From: Rhodospirillaceae bacterium
Lineage (GTDB): Bacteria > Pseudomonadota > Alphaproteobacteria > Rhodospirillales > Rhodospirillaceae
Direction of reading: 5' to 3'
Assembly (NCBI GenBank): GCA_041906145.1
Contig: JAYRJU010000009.1
Coordinates: 96,879-160,878, forward strand
Length of the DNA stretch: 64,000 bases
Both the position numbers and the translations under genes were made by a program. Shown here piece by piece: positions 8,360-19,610 of this stretch (its first letter is position 1; every line of letters begins with the position of its first letter). The notes under the pieces were generated by a model. That model saw only the letters and a list, made by a program, of their open reading frames with translations, was not told the origin of the DNA and did no database searches.

Positions 8360-9571
8360 ATGGCAGGTGCCGTTGTGAGGGCCAACATACTTAATCGACG
8401 CCGCTTTGCAATGGCCGTAGCAGGGGCTGTTTCGGCCCTTCCGATCAGCGTTTCTTTGCTGTCCGGACGCGCCTTTGCCCAGACCGCGGCGGTCCCGACG
8501 CGCCGGGTGACGGACGTTTTCGTGGCCGAATCGGTGCCCGTGGACGTGACGGCGGGGAGCGTGGGCGAAGCCCGCGACCGTGGCCTGACGCAGGGCCGCG
8601 TGCTTGGCTTCCGCCGCATCCTAGAGCGCATCGTGGCGCGCGACGATCTCGCGCACGTGCCGCAGCAGAGCGCCGAACAGATCATCGAGATGGTACGCGA
8701 GTTCTCCATCGCCAACGAGCGCAGCTCGGCGGTGCGTTATCTCGCCGAGCTTACGGTGCGCTTCAATCCAAACGCCATCCGCCAACTTCTGCGCAACGCG
8801 GGCGTTCCCTTCACTGAGACCTTGAGCCGGCCTCTGGTGGTCGTGCCCGTGATGGTGACGGGCGGCAACGCCAGCCTATGGGGCAGCGTGTGGCATGATA
8901 CGTGGCTGCGCTCGGAACCGGATGGCGGCCTCTTGCCGCTGATCGTTCCGACGGGCGACGCGCAGGACAACGCGCAAGTGACGGCGGCGGCCGCCACCTC
9001 GAAAAACGCAGGTCCTCTGCTGCAACTCGCCGAGCGTTATCAGGCCGGCGGCGCGCTGGTCGTGGTCGCCACCATCGACGGCAACGGACCCATCAGCATG
9101 GAGATCAGCGAGATCCGCGCCGACATGCCGCCGGTGGAAACCGCGGTCACGCATTCCGGCGCGCCTGGGCAAGCCGCACCGGAAGTCATCGCGGGCGCGG
9201 TGACCACGGCCGTAAGCGCGGCCGCCGACAGCTGGCGCCGCCGTAACCGCGTGTCGTTCGGCGTGAAGAGCCAGATGACCGCGCTGGTGCCGGTGACGGA
9301 CCTGAAGGAATGGCTGAGCATCCGCAATCGGCTGGGCAACGTCGCTCTGGTCGATCAGGTGGACGTACAGGCAATGACGCGCGACCGCGTGCAGATCACC
9401 ATCCATTACGCGGGCGCCGAAGATCAGCTTCGTCTCGCCATGGGTCAGCACAATCTGGCCTTCACGCAGCAGAACGGCGTTTGGGTACTGGAGAATGCGG
9501 GCGCGGCGCGCCGTGCGTTAAATCAACCGGGGAGCCAGCCGGGCGCCGCGGCCGAAGGCACACCCCCGTGA
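8360..9571 (+). CDS. DUF2066-like secreted protein (conserved unknown between purM and hda)
   Basis: Signal peptide ([22 protein letters not shown]). The length and position between purM and the hda-like gene match the synteny I recall for DUF2066. The track start at 8348 is TTG; the ATG is at 8360. Confidence 0.6.
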   Translation: MAGAVVRANILNRRRFAMAVAGAVSALPISVSLLSGRAFAQTAAVPTRRVTDVFVAESVPVDVTAGSVGEARDRGLTQGRVLGFRRILERIVARDDLAHVPQQSAEQIIEMVREFSIANERSSAVRYLAELTVRFNPNAIRQLLRNAGVPFTETLSRPLVVVPVMVTGGNASLWGSVWHDTWLRSEPDGGLLPLIVPTGDAQDNAQVTAAAATSKNAGPLLQLAERYQAGGALVVVATIDGNGPISMEISEIRADMPPVETAVTHSGAPGQAAPEVIAGAVTTAVSAAADSWRRRNRVSFGVKSQMTALVPVTDLKEWLSIRNRLGNVALVDQVDVQAMTRDRVQITIHYAGAEDQLRLAMGQHNLAFTQQNGVWVLENAGAARRALNQPGSQPGAAAEGTPP

Positions 9572-9587
9572 AATACCCGTGTTCCGC

Positions 9588-10268
9588 ATGAGTGAGGCGC
9601 GGACGGCCACCCAGCTTGCGCTCGATCTCGGTCACCGGCCGGCGTTCGGGCGCGAGGATTTTCTGGTCGCGCCGGGAAACCAAGACGCCGTGGAATGGAT
9701 CGACCGCTGGCCCGCATGGCCGGGTCATGTGCTCGCGCTGTTTGGCCCGGCGGGGTGCGGCAAGTCACACCTCGCGCAGGTGTTCGCGCTGCGCGCGCAG
9801 GCTGTCGCAATCGCCGCGCCGGATTTGACGACGGATGCGGTCGGTGCGCTGCTCGGCAAATACAAGGCGTTCCTGGTCGAAGAGGGCGATGCGTGCGACG
9901 AGCGTGCGCTGTTCCATTTGTTCAACGGCGTGCGCGAGAGCAAAGGCACCCTGCTGCTGACCGGACGTGAGCCGCCGGCGCGCTGGGCAACCGAACTCGC
10001 CGATCTGAGGTCGCGACTGTCGTCCATTCCCGCCGTGCCGATCGCGCCGCCGGACGACGCGATGATGGAGGCGGTGCTGGTGAAGCTGTTCAGCGACCGC
10101 CAACTGGGCGTCGCGCCGGATGTGATCGCTTATGTCCTGCGCCGCATCGACCGCAGCTTCGCCGCCGCGCGCAAACTGGTCGCGACCGCCGATAAGGAAT
10201 CGCTTGCCGGCAAGAGGCCCATCACTATCCCCCTGATGAAAACGATCATCGGCGAGGAGAGCGTTTAG
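9588..10268 (+). CDS. hdaA: DnaA-related regulatory inactivator (HdaA-like AAA+ protein)
   Basis: QLALDL..., Walker A FGPAGCGKSHL, LLLTGREPP and RLSS motifs; about 226 aa. The track start at 9579 is GTG; the ATG is at 9588. Confidence 0.8.
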   Translation: MSEARTATQLALDLGHRPAFGREDFLVAPGNQDAVEWIDRWPAWPGHVLALFGPAGCGKSHLAQVFALRAQAVAIAAPDLTTDAVGALLGKYKAFLVEEGDACDERALFHLFNGVRESKGTLLLTGREPPARWATELADLRSRLSSIPAVPIAPPDDAMMEAVLVKLFSDRQLGVAPDVIAYVLRRIDRSFAAARKLVATADKESLAGKRPITIPLMKTIIGEESV

Positions 10269-10830
10269 TTTTCTTTTTCTGAGCGGCCTTCTTCGCGGGC
10301 GGCATATGCGCCAGATCGCGCGGACGCAGGAAACTTGCGAGCTTTCCCGTTCCCGGCGCGACATTGCGCCACGCTGTCGCCGCGTTGAAGCGGACCGATG
10401 TGAGCGCGCAGGTCGGATATTTTTCCTTCAGCTTCGCGAGCGCCTGCGCCTGGCCTGGCGCGGCGCGTCCGATGAGCGCGAGCGCCGCGTCGTGCGTCGT
10501 TGGATTGTGACCGACAATCAGAATGGACTGCGCGGTTTCGGGCGCGCGCTTGATGAAATCGAACAGGTCCTGTTCGGACACCATATAGAGCGTATCGGTG
10601 AAAACAGCGGGCACCTTGCGCAAGGGGCGACCGAGAAGCTCCAGCGTTTCGCGCGCGCGCCGGGCGGTGGAGCAAAACACGGCGTCGACCTCAAAGTCTT
10701 CGGCGGCGAGCCGCCGGCCCATGGCTTTAGCCGCTTCGATGCCGCGCTTATTGAGCGGACGCTCATGATCCGAAAGCGAAAGATCACCCCAATCGGACTT
10801 GGCGTGACGTAACAGGTGGACGATTTTCAT
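10246..10830 (-). CDS. histidine phosphatase family protein (SixA-like)
   Basis: N-terminal VHLLRHAKSDW (RHG motif) and a later VGHNP. Its 3' end overlaps the hdaA 3' end by 23 nt (convergent). Confidence 0.8.
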   Translation of the reverse strand: MKIVHLLRHAKSDWGDLSLSDHERPLNKRGIEAAKAMGRRLAAEDFEVDAVFCSTARRARETLELLGRPLRKVPAVFTDTLYMVSEQDLFDFIKRAPETAQSILIVGHNPTTHDAALALIGRAAPGQAQALAKLKEKYPTCALTSVRFNAATAWRNVAPGTGKLASFLRPRDLAHMPPAKKAAQKKKTKRSPRR

Positions 10831-10862
10831 TTACGGCGTTTCATTTATAGGCGGATGGGCGC

Positions 10863-13082
10863 ATGATACCCTTAATAGCCTTAAATCATTGCACTTTTAT
10901 GAAGCCCGCCGAACCCGCACCAGAGCAGAACCGATCCCGCAGCGTGCGCGCCAAGGCGCCGGCGGTGGACTCGTTCTCGCCGCGCGAGCGCTTCATCAAT
11001 CGCGAGCTGTCCTGGCTGGCGTTCAATACGCGCGTCTTGGAAGAGGCGCGCAATCCGCGCCACCCCGTGCTCGAGCGGGTGCGGTTCCTGTCGATCTCGG
11101 CCTCGAACCTCGATGAGTTCTACATGGTGCGCGTCGCCGGCCTCAAAGGCCAGGTGAACGCCGGCATCGCGCTGCCGTCGGCCGACGGTCTTTCACCGCG
11201 CGAACAGCTCGACGTGATCAACGACGAAGTGCGCCACCTGTTCAAGCAACAGGACGAGGCGTGGATCGAACTGAAGGCGCTGCTGGCCGAGAACCAGATT
11301 TTCGTGGTTGGGCCTGATGATCTTTCCGACGAGGACCGGCGCGAACTGGAAGCGCGTTTCCTGGAACACATCTTCCCGGTGTTCACGCCGCTAGCGGTCG
11401 ATCCGGCGCATCCGTTCCCGTTCATCCCGAATCTGGGGCATGCCCTGGTGCTGCAACTTGCCCGTATCAGCGATGGCGAAGTGATGCGCGCGCTGGTGCC
11501 GATCCCGACGCAGGTGCAGCGTTTCGTGCGCCTCAAGGGCGGCGCGGTGCGATTCATCCTCGTCGAGGACGTGGTAACGATGTTCCTGGACGCGCTGTTT
11601 CCGGGCTTCCGCGTACTGCAGACCGGCCACTTCCGTGTCATCCGCGATTCTGAAATGGAAGTCGACGAAGAAGCTCAGGACCTGGTGACGAGTTTCGAAA
11701 GCGCGTTGAAGCGCCGCCGCCGCGGGACTTGCATCCGGCTCGCCCTCGCCGGCGACATGCCCAACGATCAGGTCAAGGTGATCTGCGATGAGCTTGAAGT
11801 CTCGCCGGCCGACAGCTTTAAGATCGATGGCATGATCGGCCAGACCGATCTTAAGCAGCTCATCATCGACGAGCGGCCGGACCTCCTGTTCCCGCCGTAC
11901 AACGCGCGGTTTCCGGAACGGGTGCGCGACTTCGACGGCGATTGTTTCGCCGCCATCCGCCAGAAGGATATTGTGGTCCATCACCCGTTCGAATCTTTCG
12001 ACGTGGTGGTGCAGTTCCTGCGCCAGGCCGCGCGCGACCCCAACGTCGTTTCGATCAAGCAGACCCTGTACCGCACCAGTAAGGACAGCCCGATCGTGAA
12101 GGCGCTGGTGGAAGCCGCCGAAGCCGGGAAGTCTGTCACGGCGATGGTGGAGCTGAAGGCGCGTTTCGACGAAGAAGCCAATATCCGCTGGGCGCGCGAT
12201 TTGGAGCGCGCGGGCGCGAACGTGGTGTTCGGCTTCGTGAACCTCAAGACCCATGCCAAGATCTCGCTGGTCGTGCGCCGCGAGGGCACCGAGACGCGTA
12301 CTTATGTGCACTTCGGCACGGGCAACTATCACCCGGTGACGGCGAAGATCTACACCGACCTGTCCTACTTTACGTCGGACCCGGCGCTTGGGCGCGATGC
12401 GGGCCGCGTGTTCAACTACATGACGGGGTATGCGCAACCGGACGCGCTGGAAAAGTTGTCCATCGCGCCGCTGGGCCTGCGTGAGCGGATTATGAAACTG
12501 ATCGCCGACGAAATCGAGCACGTGAAGCAGGGGAGTCCCGGCACGATCTGGGCGAAGATGAATTCGCTGGTCGATCCCGACATCATCGACGCGCTGTACC
12601 GCGCCTCACAGGCCGGCGTGAAGATCGACCTCGTCATCCGCGGCATTTGCGGCCTGCGGCCGGGCGTGAGCGGTCTTTCCGAAAATATCCGCGTGAAGAG
12701 CATCGTCGGGCGCTTCCTGGAACACTCGCGCATCATGTGTGTCGGCAACGGTCACGAGATGCCGTCACAATACGCCAAGGTGTTCATCTCCTCAGCCGAC
12801 TGGATGCCGCGCAACCTGGTTGCGCGCGTCGAAAGCTTCGTGCCGATCGAGAATCCGACCGTGCATCAGCAGGTGCTGGACCAGATCATGGTCGCGAACA
12901 TGAACGACAACGAACAAAGTTGGGTGCTGCTGCCGGATGGGCGTTATGTCCGCGAGCAGGCCGGCGAACGGCCGTTCTCGGCGCATGAGTACTTCATGAC
13001 GAATCCGAGTCTGTCGGGTCAGGGCAGCGCGCTGGAACGCGCCAAGAAGCGCCTTCCCAAGCTGGTTCCCAGCCGCCGGTAA
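10863..13082 (+). CDS. ppk: polyphosphate kinase 1
   Basis: [19 protein letters not shown], two PLD-like HxK motifs (THAKISLV; HSRIMCV region); about 730 aa. An alternative ATG lies at 10899. Confidence 0.96.
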   Translation: MIPLIALNHCTFMKPAEPAPEQNRSRSVRAKAPAVDSFSPRERFINRELSWLAFNTRVLEEARNPRHPVLERVRFLSISASNLDEFYMVRVAGLKGQVNAGIALPSADGLSPREQLDVINDEVRHLFKQQDEAWIELKALLAENQIFVVGPDDLSDEDRRELEARFLEHIFPVFTPLAVDPAHPFPFIPNLGHALVLQLARISDGEVMRALVPIPTQVQRFVRLKGGAVRFILVEDVVTMFLDALFPGFRVLQTGHFRVIRDSEMEVDEEAQDLVTSFESALKRRRRGTCIRLALAGDMPNDQVKVICDELEVSPADSFKIDGMIGQTDLKQLIIDERPDLLFPPYNARFPERVRDFDGDCFAAIRQKDIVVHHPFESFDVVVQFLRQAARDPNVVSIKQTLYRTSKDSPIVKALVEAAEAGKSVTAMVELKARFDEEANIRWARDLERAGANVVFGFVNLKTHAKISLVVRREGTETRTYVHFGTGNYHPVTAKIYTDLSYFTSDPALGRDAGRVFNYMTGYAQPDALEKLSIAPLGLRERIMKLIADEIEHVKQGSPGTIWAKMNSLVDPDIIDALYRASQAGVKIDLVIRGICGLRPGVSGLSENIRVKSIVGRFLEHSRIMCVGNGHEMPSQYAKVFISSADWMPRNLVARVESFVPIENPTVHQQVLDQIMVANMNDNEQSWVLLPDGRYVREQAGERPFSAHEYFMTNPSLSGQGSALERAKKRLPKLVPSRR

Positions 13083-13147
13083 CTCTGATATCAAACGGGC
13101 ATGACGGTGGCCGCCCGGCCGCCATTTCCAATGTTTTTTCGTAGTTG

Positions 13148-14662
13148 ATGGCCCGGAAAGTCACATCCAAAACCCGGCGCGGTGAGAGCAAACGGCCCCG
13201 CAAACCGGTGGCCGTGATCGACATCGGTTCGAACTCCGTGCGTCTGGTGGTCTATGACGGCCAGACGCGCACGCCTATCCCGCTGCACAACGAAAAGGCG
13301 ATATGTGCGCTCGGCAAGGGGTTGGAGAAAACCGGCAAGCTGAATTCCGACGGCGTGAAGATGGCCTTCGACACCGTAGGCCGCTTTGTGAAAATCTCGC
13401 GCGCGCTCGGCGCCGGCAGCATCGACGCTCTAGCGACCGCGGCGGTGCGCGACGCGACGGACGGCAAGGCGTTCGCAAAAGCCTTGGCGCGCAAGACCAA
13501 GATCAACGTGCAGATCCTGAGCGGAAAACAGGAAGCCGAGCGTTCGGCGCTTGGTGTCCTGTGCGGGATTCCCGACGCGGAAGGCATCGTGGCCGATCTT
13601 GGTGGCGGTAGTTTGGAACTCGTCAAAGTCGGAAACCGCCGTATGAGCGAGCATACGACCATGCCGCTCGGTCTGCTGCGCCTGTCCGAAGCCGCCGAAG
13701 GCGACCGCGACAAGGCGCTGACGCTTATCGACAAAGCGCTCGACAAACATAAGTGGGTCACCAAGCATCGCGACCAGACTCTCTATGCGGTCGGCGGCGC
13801 ATGGCGTTCCCTCGCGCGAGTCTGTATCGCGCAAATGAACTATCCTTTGCATGTGCTCGACAATTTCACGCTGGAACGCCAGCAGGCGATTTCGCTGTTC
13901 GACGTGATCTCGCGTCTGTCGCAGCGCAGTCTCGAGCAGATCAAGGGTGTGTCAAAATCACGTCTCGCAACATTGCCGCTCGGCGCCGCCGTGCTTGAAC
14001 GCCTCCTCGAAGTCGTCAAACCGCGCGCGCTGGTGTTTTCGATCTACGGAATGCGTGAAGGGCAGTTCTTCAAGGATCTGCCGGCGAGCGTGCGCAAACA
14101 GGACCCGATCATTAGTCTCGCCGAGGAAATGGCGCGGTCCGCCGGGCGCTCGGCTGAAGCGGGCCACGAGTCCTTCAAATGGATGAGCGGCCTGTTCAAG
14201 GATGAAAGCGCGCGTCAACGCAAACTGCGTCTCGCGGCGTGCTTGCTGCGCGATGTGTGGTGGACGGAACATCCCGACTACCGCGCCGAGCAGGCATTCC
14301 TGCGCGTGCTGAGACTGCCGTTCCTCGGACTGGGGCACGAAGACCGCGCCGCTTTGGCCCTGGTGATGTACTACCGCTACCAGTCGGAGGCGACGGCGCC
14401 GATCATCGAGCAAGCGCACGCCCTTCTGGCCGAATCCCGCATTGCCCGCATCCAGACTGTTGGCCTGGCGATGCGTCTTGCTTACGCGCTGTCGGCCGGC
14501 GCCCCGGGCTGGGTGAGCAAGACGTCCATGAAGATCGACGGTGAGAAGTTGGTGCTGCGCGTGCCGGGCGGCGAGCCCTTGTTCCGCACGGGCTCCTACG
14601 AACGGCGCCTGAAGCGCCTGGCCGATCACCTGGGCCTCGTGGCCCAGATCCGCATCATTTAG
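13148..14662 (+). CDS. ppx: exopolyphosphatase (Ppx/GppA family)
   Basis: VAVIDIGSNSVRLVVY and DLGGGSLEL motifs; adjacent to ppk. The track start at 13145 is TTG; the ATG is at 13148. Confidence 0.93.
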   Translation: MARKVTSKTRRGESKRPRKPVAVIDIGSNSVRLVVYDGQTRTPIPLHNEKAICALGKGLEKTGKLNSDGVKMAFDTVGRFVKISRALGAGSIDALATAAVRDATDGKAFAKALARKTKINVQILSGKQEAERSALGVLCGIPDAEGIVADLGGGSLELVKVGNRRMSEHTTMPLGLLRLSEAAEGDRDKALTLIDKALDKHKWVTKHRDQTLYAVGGAWRSLARVCIAQMNYPLHVLDNFTLERQQAISLFDVISRLSQRSLEQIKGVSKSRLATLPLGAAVLERLLEVVKPRALVFSIYGMREGQFFKDLPASVRKQDPIISLAEEMARSAGRSAEAGHESFKWMSGLFKDESARQRKLRLAACLLRDVWWTEHPDYRAEQAFLRVLRLPFLGLGHEDRAALALVMYYRYQSEATAPIIEQAHALLAESRIARIQTVGLAMRLAYALSAGAPGWVSKTSMKIDGEKLVLRVPGGEPLFRTGSYERRLKRLADHLGLVAQIRII

Positions 14663-14665
14663 CGT

Positions 14666-15820
14666 TTAGCGTTCAAACACCTCGACATCCTTGCCGTTAG
14701 CCGACAGGCCGATGGCGAGTTTGCCGTGTTTGAGTTTGAGAGCGTCTTCGCCGAACAGTTCGCGGCGCCAGCCGTGCAGGGCTGGGACGTCGGCGGTGTC
14801 GGTGAGCGCGATGGCTTCGACGTCGTCGCTGGTGGCGATGAGACGCTGGGCCACATGATGGCGGTCCGACTTGGTTTTTAGGAGCAGTTTCAAAAGCTCG
14901 ACGATGGCGCGCGGCGCCGGATTGTCGCCGTTGTCCTGGCGGTCGGGCCTCGGGCAATCGGTTTCGGGCACGGCGCGGCCCTTGGCGATGGCGGCGAGCA
15001 CGCCTTCCACGTATTTGCCGCTGGCCAGCGGCTTGGCGAGGCGCGAGCGTTTGATGTCGTCGACCGTCACCGGCATGCTGGCCGCCAGTTCGAGCAGCGC
15101 GTCGTCCTTGGCCACGCGCTGGCGCGGCATATCGAGGGCCTGCGCCGTGAGTTCACGCCAGGCGGCGAGTTCGCGCAGGACGCATAATAGGCGCGGGGCG
15201 CGGGTGCGCGCACGGATGCGGCGCCAGGATTCCCGCGGCTCAACCCGATACGTGGCGGGATCAGTGAGGGTGTCGGTTTCCTCCTGCAGCCACGGCAGGC
15301 GGCCCGATTTTTCCAGCTTCTTGGCGAGCTGCTGGTAGACCTTGCGCAGATGGGTGACGTCGCCGAGGGCGTATTTGACCTGGCGGTCGGTGAGGGGGCG
15401 CTGCGACCAGTCCGTGAAGCGCTGGGACTTATCGAGGTGCGCGCCCGCCAACTTGGAAACCAAGGTCTCGTAGCCGACCTGGTCGCCGAAGCCGCAGACC
15501 ATGGCGGCTATCTGGGTGTCGAAGATCGGGGTGGGGACCGAGGTCGTGGCCGTATAGAAGATTTCAAGGTCCTGGCGTCCCGCGTGGAACACCTTGAGGA
15601 CCTTGGGGTTGGCCAGCAGGTCGTAAAGCGGCTTGAGATTGATCCCCGGGGCTAGCGGGTCGATGCAGTGGGCCTCGTCGGGGCCGGCGACCTGGACCAG
15701 GCAAAGCTTTGCCCAGTAGGTGGTTTCCCGCATGAATTCGGTGTCGACCGTCACGAACTCGGTCTGGCTCAGCCGTTCACAAAGTGCGCTGAGCGCGTCC
15801 GTGTCTGTAATCAACGTCAT
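14666..15820 (-). CDS. rnd: ribonuclease D
   Basis: DEDD 3'-5' exonuclease motifs (VTVDTEFMR, FHAGRQDL, YALGDVTHL) plus an HRDC-like region. I chose the start at internal ATG 15820 (MTLITDTDAL). The longer ORF would overlap the aspS start. Confidence 0.9.
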   Translation of the reverse strand: MTLITDTDALSALCERLSQTEFVTVDTEFMRETTYWAKLCLVQVAGPDEAHCIDPLAPGINLKPLYDLLANPKVLKVFHAGRQDLEIFYTATTSVPTPIFDTQIAAMVCGFGDQVGYETLVSKLAGAHLDKSQRFTDWSQRPLTDRQVKYALGDVTHLRKVYQQLAKKLEKSGRLPWLQEETDTLTDPATYRVEPRESWRRIRARTRAPRLLCVLRELAAWRELTAQALDMPRQRVAKDDALLELAASMPVTVDDIKRSRLAKPLASGKYVEGVLAAIAKGRAVPETDCPRPDRQDNGDNPAPRAIVELLKLLLKTKSDRHHVAQRLIATSDDVEAIALTDTADVPALHGWRRELFGEDALKLKHGKLAIGLSANGKDVEVFER

Positions 15821-15981
15821 GGGCAGTGTCTTAGCCCCTGAGGGGGCTGGCCGCAACCCACGGAAAAGCCTCGGCGCTTGACAAAAGGCGGGGTTCAGTG
15901 TGCTTTCACGCCCGCTTAAAAGGGCTCCGCGCCCCTGTTCGCCGAGCCCCGTTTCCGTCCCTTTCTTAAGGATTAGAGCCG

Positions 15982-17793
15982 ATGCACCGCTACCGTTCAC
16001 ATACCTGTGGCGCCCTTCGCCAGGAGGATGCAGGTAAGGAAGTGAAGATCGCGGGTTGGGTGCATCGTAAGCGCGATCACGGCAATTTGCTGTTCGTGGA
16101 CCTGCGCGATCAATTCGGGATCACCCAGTGCGTGGCCGATATCTCGGCTCCTGTCTTCAAGATCCTGGAAGCGGTGCGTCCCGAAAGCGTCATCAGCGTG
16201 CTCGGCAAGGTGGTGCCGCGCTCGGCCGAGACGGTGAACGACAAGCTCCCCACGGGCCGTATCGAGCTGGTCGTGAAGGAAGTTTCCATCCTCTCCGAAG
16301 CGGCCGTTCTCCCAATGCAGGTGGCCGGCGAGCAGGAATACTCGGAAGAGATGCGGCTCAGCTACCGCTTCCTCGACCTGCGCCGCGAGAAAATGCGCGA
16401 CAACATGCTGCTACGTTCGAAGGTCATCGCCTCGATCCGCAAGCGCATGTGGGACGCGGGCTTCTATGAATTCCAGACCCCGATCCTGACAGCCTCGTCG
16501 CCCGAAGGCGCGCGCGACTTCCTGGTGCCGTCGCGCATCCACCCGGGCAAGTTCTACGCCCTGCCGCAGGCGCCGCAGCAGTTCAAACAGCTGCTGATGA
16601 CGTCGGGCTTCGATCGCTATTTCCAGATCGCGCCTTGCTTCCGCGATGAGGACAGCCGCGCGGATCGCTCACCTGGCGAGTTCTACCAGCTCGACTTCGA
16701 AATGGCCTTCGCGACCCAGGACGATGTGTTCGACACCATCGCGCCCGTGCTCGCCGGCGTGTTCGAGGAGTTCGGCAAGGGCCGCCGCGTGACCAAGACG
16801 CCGTTCCCGCGCATCACCTTCGACGACGCGATGGCCAAGTACGGCAGCGACAAGCCGGATCTGCGTAACCCGTTGCTCATCACCGACGTCACTCCGGCCT
16901 TCAAAGGCTCGGGCTTCGGTCTGTTCGCCAAGAATATCGAAAAAGGCGGCATCGTGCGCGCCGTCGTTGGACCCAAATCCTCGGATCAGCCGCGCAGCTG
17001 GTTCGACAAGCTGAACGAATGGGCCCGTGAAAACGGCGCTGGCGGCCTCGGCTACATCCAGTTCAAGTCTGATGGTCCGGCGGGCCCGATCGCGAAGAAC
17101 CTCGACGCCGACCGCGTCGCGCAAATCAAGGCCGCCACCGGCGCGCAGGATGGCGACAGCGTCTTCTTCGTCTGCGATCAGCCGGCCGTGGCCGCGAAGT
17201 TCGCGGGCCTCGTGCGTACAAAAATCTGCAACGAACTGAATCTGCTCGACGCTGAACAGTTCGCCTTCTGCTGGATCGTAGATTTCCCGATGTACGAGCG
17301 CAACGCTGACACGGGCCAAATCGAATTCAGCCACAACCCGTTCTCGATGCCGCAAGGCGAGATGGACGCGCTGATGAACAAGGACCCGTTGGACATCAAG
17401 GCGTTCCAGTACGATATCGTCTGCAACGGTATCGAACTCTCGTCGGGCGCCATCCGTAATCACCGCCCGGACATCATGTACAAGGCGTTCGAGATTGCCG
17501 GCTACACGCAGGCCGACGTCGAGAGCCGCTTCGGCGGCATGTTGAACGCGTTCAAGCATGGCGCCCCGCCGCACGGCGGTTCTGCCCCGGGTATCGATCG
17601 TATCGTGATGCTGTTGGCCGACGAGCCGAACATCCGCGAAGTCATCCTTTTCCCGATGACCGGCCGCGCGGAAGACTTGCTGATGCAGGCCCCGAACACG
17701 GTCACGCCGCGCCAGTTGAAAGAGCTGCACATCAAGCTCGATCTGCCGAAGGAAGTGGCGAAGGCGGAAGTGAAAACGGACGTGGCGAAATAA
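15982..17793 (+). CDS. aspS: aspartate--tRNA ligase
   Basis: [31 protein letters not shown]-like class II motif 2, and the C-terminal [14 protein letters not shown] motif 3; 603 aa. Confidence 0.98.
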   Translation: MHRYRSHTCGALRQEDAGKEVKIAGWVHRKRDHGNLLFVDLRDQFGITQCVADISAPVFKILEAVRPESVISVLGKVVPRSAETVNDKLPTGRIELVVKEVSILSEAAVLPMQVAGEQEYSEEMRLSYRFLDLRREKMRDNMLLRSKVIASIRKRMWDAGFYEFQTPILTASSPEGARDFLVPSRIHPGKFYALPQAPQQFKQLLMTSGFDRYFQIAPCFRDEDSRADRSPGEFYQLDFEMAFATQDDVFDTIAPVLAGVFEEFGKGRRVTKTPFPRITFDDAMAKYGSDKPDLRNPLLITDVTPAFKGSGFGLFAKNIEKGGIVRAVVGPKSSDQPRSWFDKLNEWARENGAGGLGYIQFKSDGPAGPIAKNLDADRVAQIKAATGAQDGDSVFFVCDQPAVAAKFAGLVRTKICNELNLLDAEQFAFCWIVDFPMYERNADTGQIEFSHNPFSMPQGEMDALMNKDPLDIKAFQYDIVCNGIELSSGAIRNHRPDIMYKAFEIAGYTQADVESRFGGMLNAFKHGAPPHGGSAPGIDRIVMLLADEPNIREVILFPMTGRAEDLLMQAPNTVTPRQLKELHIKLDLPKEVAKAEVKTDVAK

Positions 17794-17811
17794 TCGCCCG
17801 CCTCGAAAAGC

Positions 17812-17846
17812 AAAAAGGCCGGTCTTCAGGACCGGCCTTTTTTATT
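17812..17846. terminator. bidirectional rho-independent terminator
   Basis: AAAAAGGCCGGTC-TTCAG-GACCGGCCTTTTTT lies between convergent aspS and the 17861..18463 gene. Confidence 0.85.
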
Positions 17847-17860
17847 GGACTCGCTCGACC

Positions 17861-18463
17861 TTATTTCTTCAACCAGCCCTGATCGCGCGGCATCGCTGGG
17901 TCGGCGGTGATCTTCAGTTCCGCGCAGTGGTGATACGTGTAGCCGCCTTCCGGATTGAAGCTATGGTCCGCCATCCACTGGATGACCTGGAGGGTGCAGT
18001 TCTCGCAGTCGATATTCGGAATGCGTACATCGGTTTCCCAGATGTGGCCGGACTCAAAACGTTCAGTGTGCACGAACAACCCGTCAACGAGGACCGGCGG
18101 CTTTGGGTTCGGGTCGATCCTCGCGGAGACGGAGCGCGGGCCTTTTTCTGTATCGCGTGTCACGGTCTCCGGGTCGGCCGGGAGATCGAGCGGTTGCGCC
18201 GCCAGAGCGATCCGGTAGTGCCCCGGATGATAGACGGTTTCCTTGATCTTGATGTGGAACTGCGAGCCGCCCTTGACCGGCGTCACCACGCCCGTCGCCG
18301 GTGTCGAGCCGCTCTTTGTGCCGCCGCACGGCTCGGGCTTTTGCGGATTGCCGCGATCGTCCTGGGCTAGGATCGGCGTGGGCTCCATCAAATAGAAATG
18401 CGAACTCGCTTCCGCCGGAACCAAGAGCGCCAGAACAGAAAGATACGCCGGATGGAATTTCAT
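17861..18463 (-). CDS. secreted His-brace candidate (LPMO-like / copper-binding-like protein)
   Basis: I chose the start at ATG 18463 (MKFHPAYLSVLALLVPAEASS). Cleavage after ASS is predicted to leave His as mature residue 1 (HFYLMEP). There are four Cys (PEPCGG, IDCENC, HHC) and further His (HPGHY, YHHC). Confidence 0.5.
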   Translation of the reverse strand: MKFHPAYLSVLALLVPAEASSHFYLMEPTPILAQDDRGNPQKPEPCGGTKSGSTPATGVVTPVKGGSQFHIKIKETVYHPGHYRIALAAQPLDLPADPETVTRDTEKGPRSVSARIDPNPKPPVLVDGLFVHTERFESGHIWETDVRIPNIDCENCTLQVIQWMADHSFNPEGGYTYHHCAELKITADPAMPRDQGWLKK

Positions 18464-18577
18464 GTGTCCCCCAAGTGGCTTTCGAGCCGAAGTGTACGCA
18501 CGGCGGTTATGCCCACGAATCACAATTGTGCGAACGGTACCACTGTTTGGTAACGACGCGGAGGGGGGCGCTTGAGC

Positions 18578-19306
18578 TTAGCGGACCTTCAGGTTCAGGC
18601 GAGCGCGGCGTTCCTGCTTGATCTTGTACATCGCCGCGTCGGCGGCTTCGAGCAGGGGCTTCACTTCGGCCTTGGAGGCATACATGTGTACACCGCAGCT
18701 GGCCTTGATCGCGATCTGATTGTTATCCCAGGCCGCGTAGGCGTTATTGAGCTTGCGGTCGAGGTCTTCGGCGCGGCGCACGCCATTGCGCTTGTTCGAA
18801 CGCGGCAGAAGGATCGCGAATTCGTCGCCGCCGAGACGGCCGATATAATCGGTGTCGCGGATGTGGCCGCGCAGGAGGTTGGCGACCGTGAGCAGGACTT
18901 CGTCGCCGGCCGCGTGGCCGTAGGTGTCATTGACCGGCTTGAATTCGTCGAGGTCGACGAAGATCAAAACGCCGCCGACGCCGTGACGGCGGGCGACGGA
19001 AAGTTCATGGGTGAGCGCTTCCTCGAAGCCGCGGCGGTTGAGCACGCGCGTGAGGCCGTCGGTCGTGGCAAGATTTTCAAGCTCGCCGATACGGCGCTCC
19101 TGGCTTTTCAGATGATCGGTGATCTCGGTCACGAGCGCATGGGCGAGCTTCGCGATCTCCAGGATCGCGCCCGTGCCGTCCTGCTCACGGTTCGGCGATG
19201 CCTGTTCCGTGAAGCGGACAAGCTGCGTAAGCTTCGTGACAATCGACTTCGAAGATGGATCGGACTCCGCAGCGGCTTTACGCTTCGGTTCCGGCGCGCC
19301 GGACAT
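18578..19306 (-). CDS. diguanylate cyclase (coiled-coil + GGDEF, no recognisable sensor domain)
   Basis: DGLTRVLNRRGFEE, RLGGDEFAILL (intact GGDEF) and an RxxD-like RRAED upstream region. The track start at 19312 is TTG; the ATG is at 19306. Confidence 0.88.
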   Translation of the reverse strand: MSGAPEPKRKAAAESDPSSKSIVTKLTQLVRFTEQASPNREQDGTGAILEIAKLAHALVTEITDHLKSQERRIGELENLATTDGLTRVLNRRGFEEALTHELSVARRHGVGGVLIFVDLDEFKPVNDTYGHAAGDEVLLTVANLLRGHIRDTDYIGRLGGDEFAILLPRSNKRNGVRRAEDLDRKLNNAYAAWDNNQIAIKASCGVHMYASKAEVKPLLEAADAAMYKIKQERRARLNLKVR

Positions 19307-19610
19307 CCCCAAACTCCCGTATCCCCAAAATTGGCTGCATTTTCGGAATGGCTGACCACTCAGTCAACAAACTAAGTTGGTCTTGGGTGCGAACCTTCAA
19401 CCTGAGATGACGATATAGGAAAGTCGCGCGCCTTTAGGTATGACGACCCAGCTTTTTCCGGCCTAAAACGCCTGATTTAACAATATAACAATTCAGATGC
19501 CCCGCTGTCAGAGTAGGGTGGCGGGACGCACATTCACCCCCTAATCTGTTTTGAGTCAAAAATAAATCGGGCGAATCGCGTCCACGGGATAAGACGGTGT
19601 CGGGCAACAG

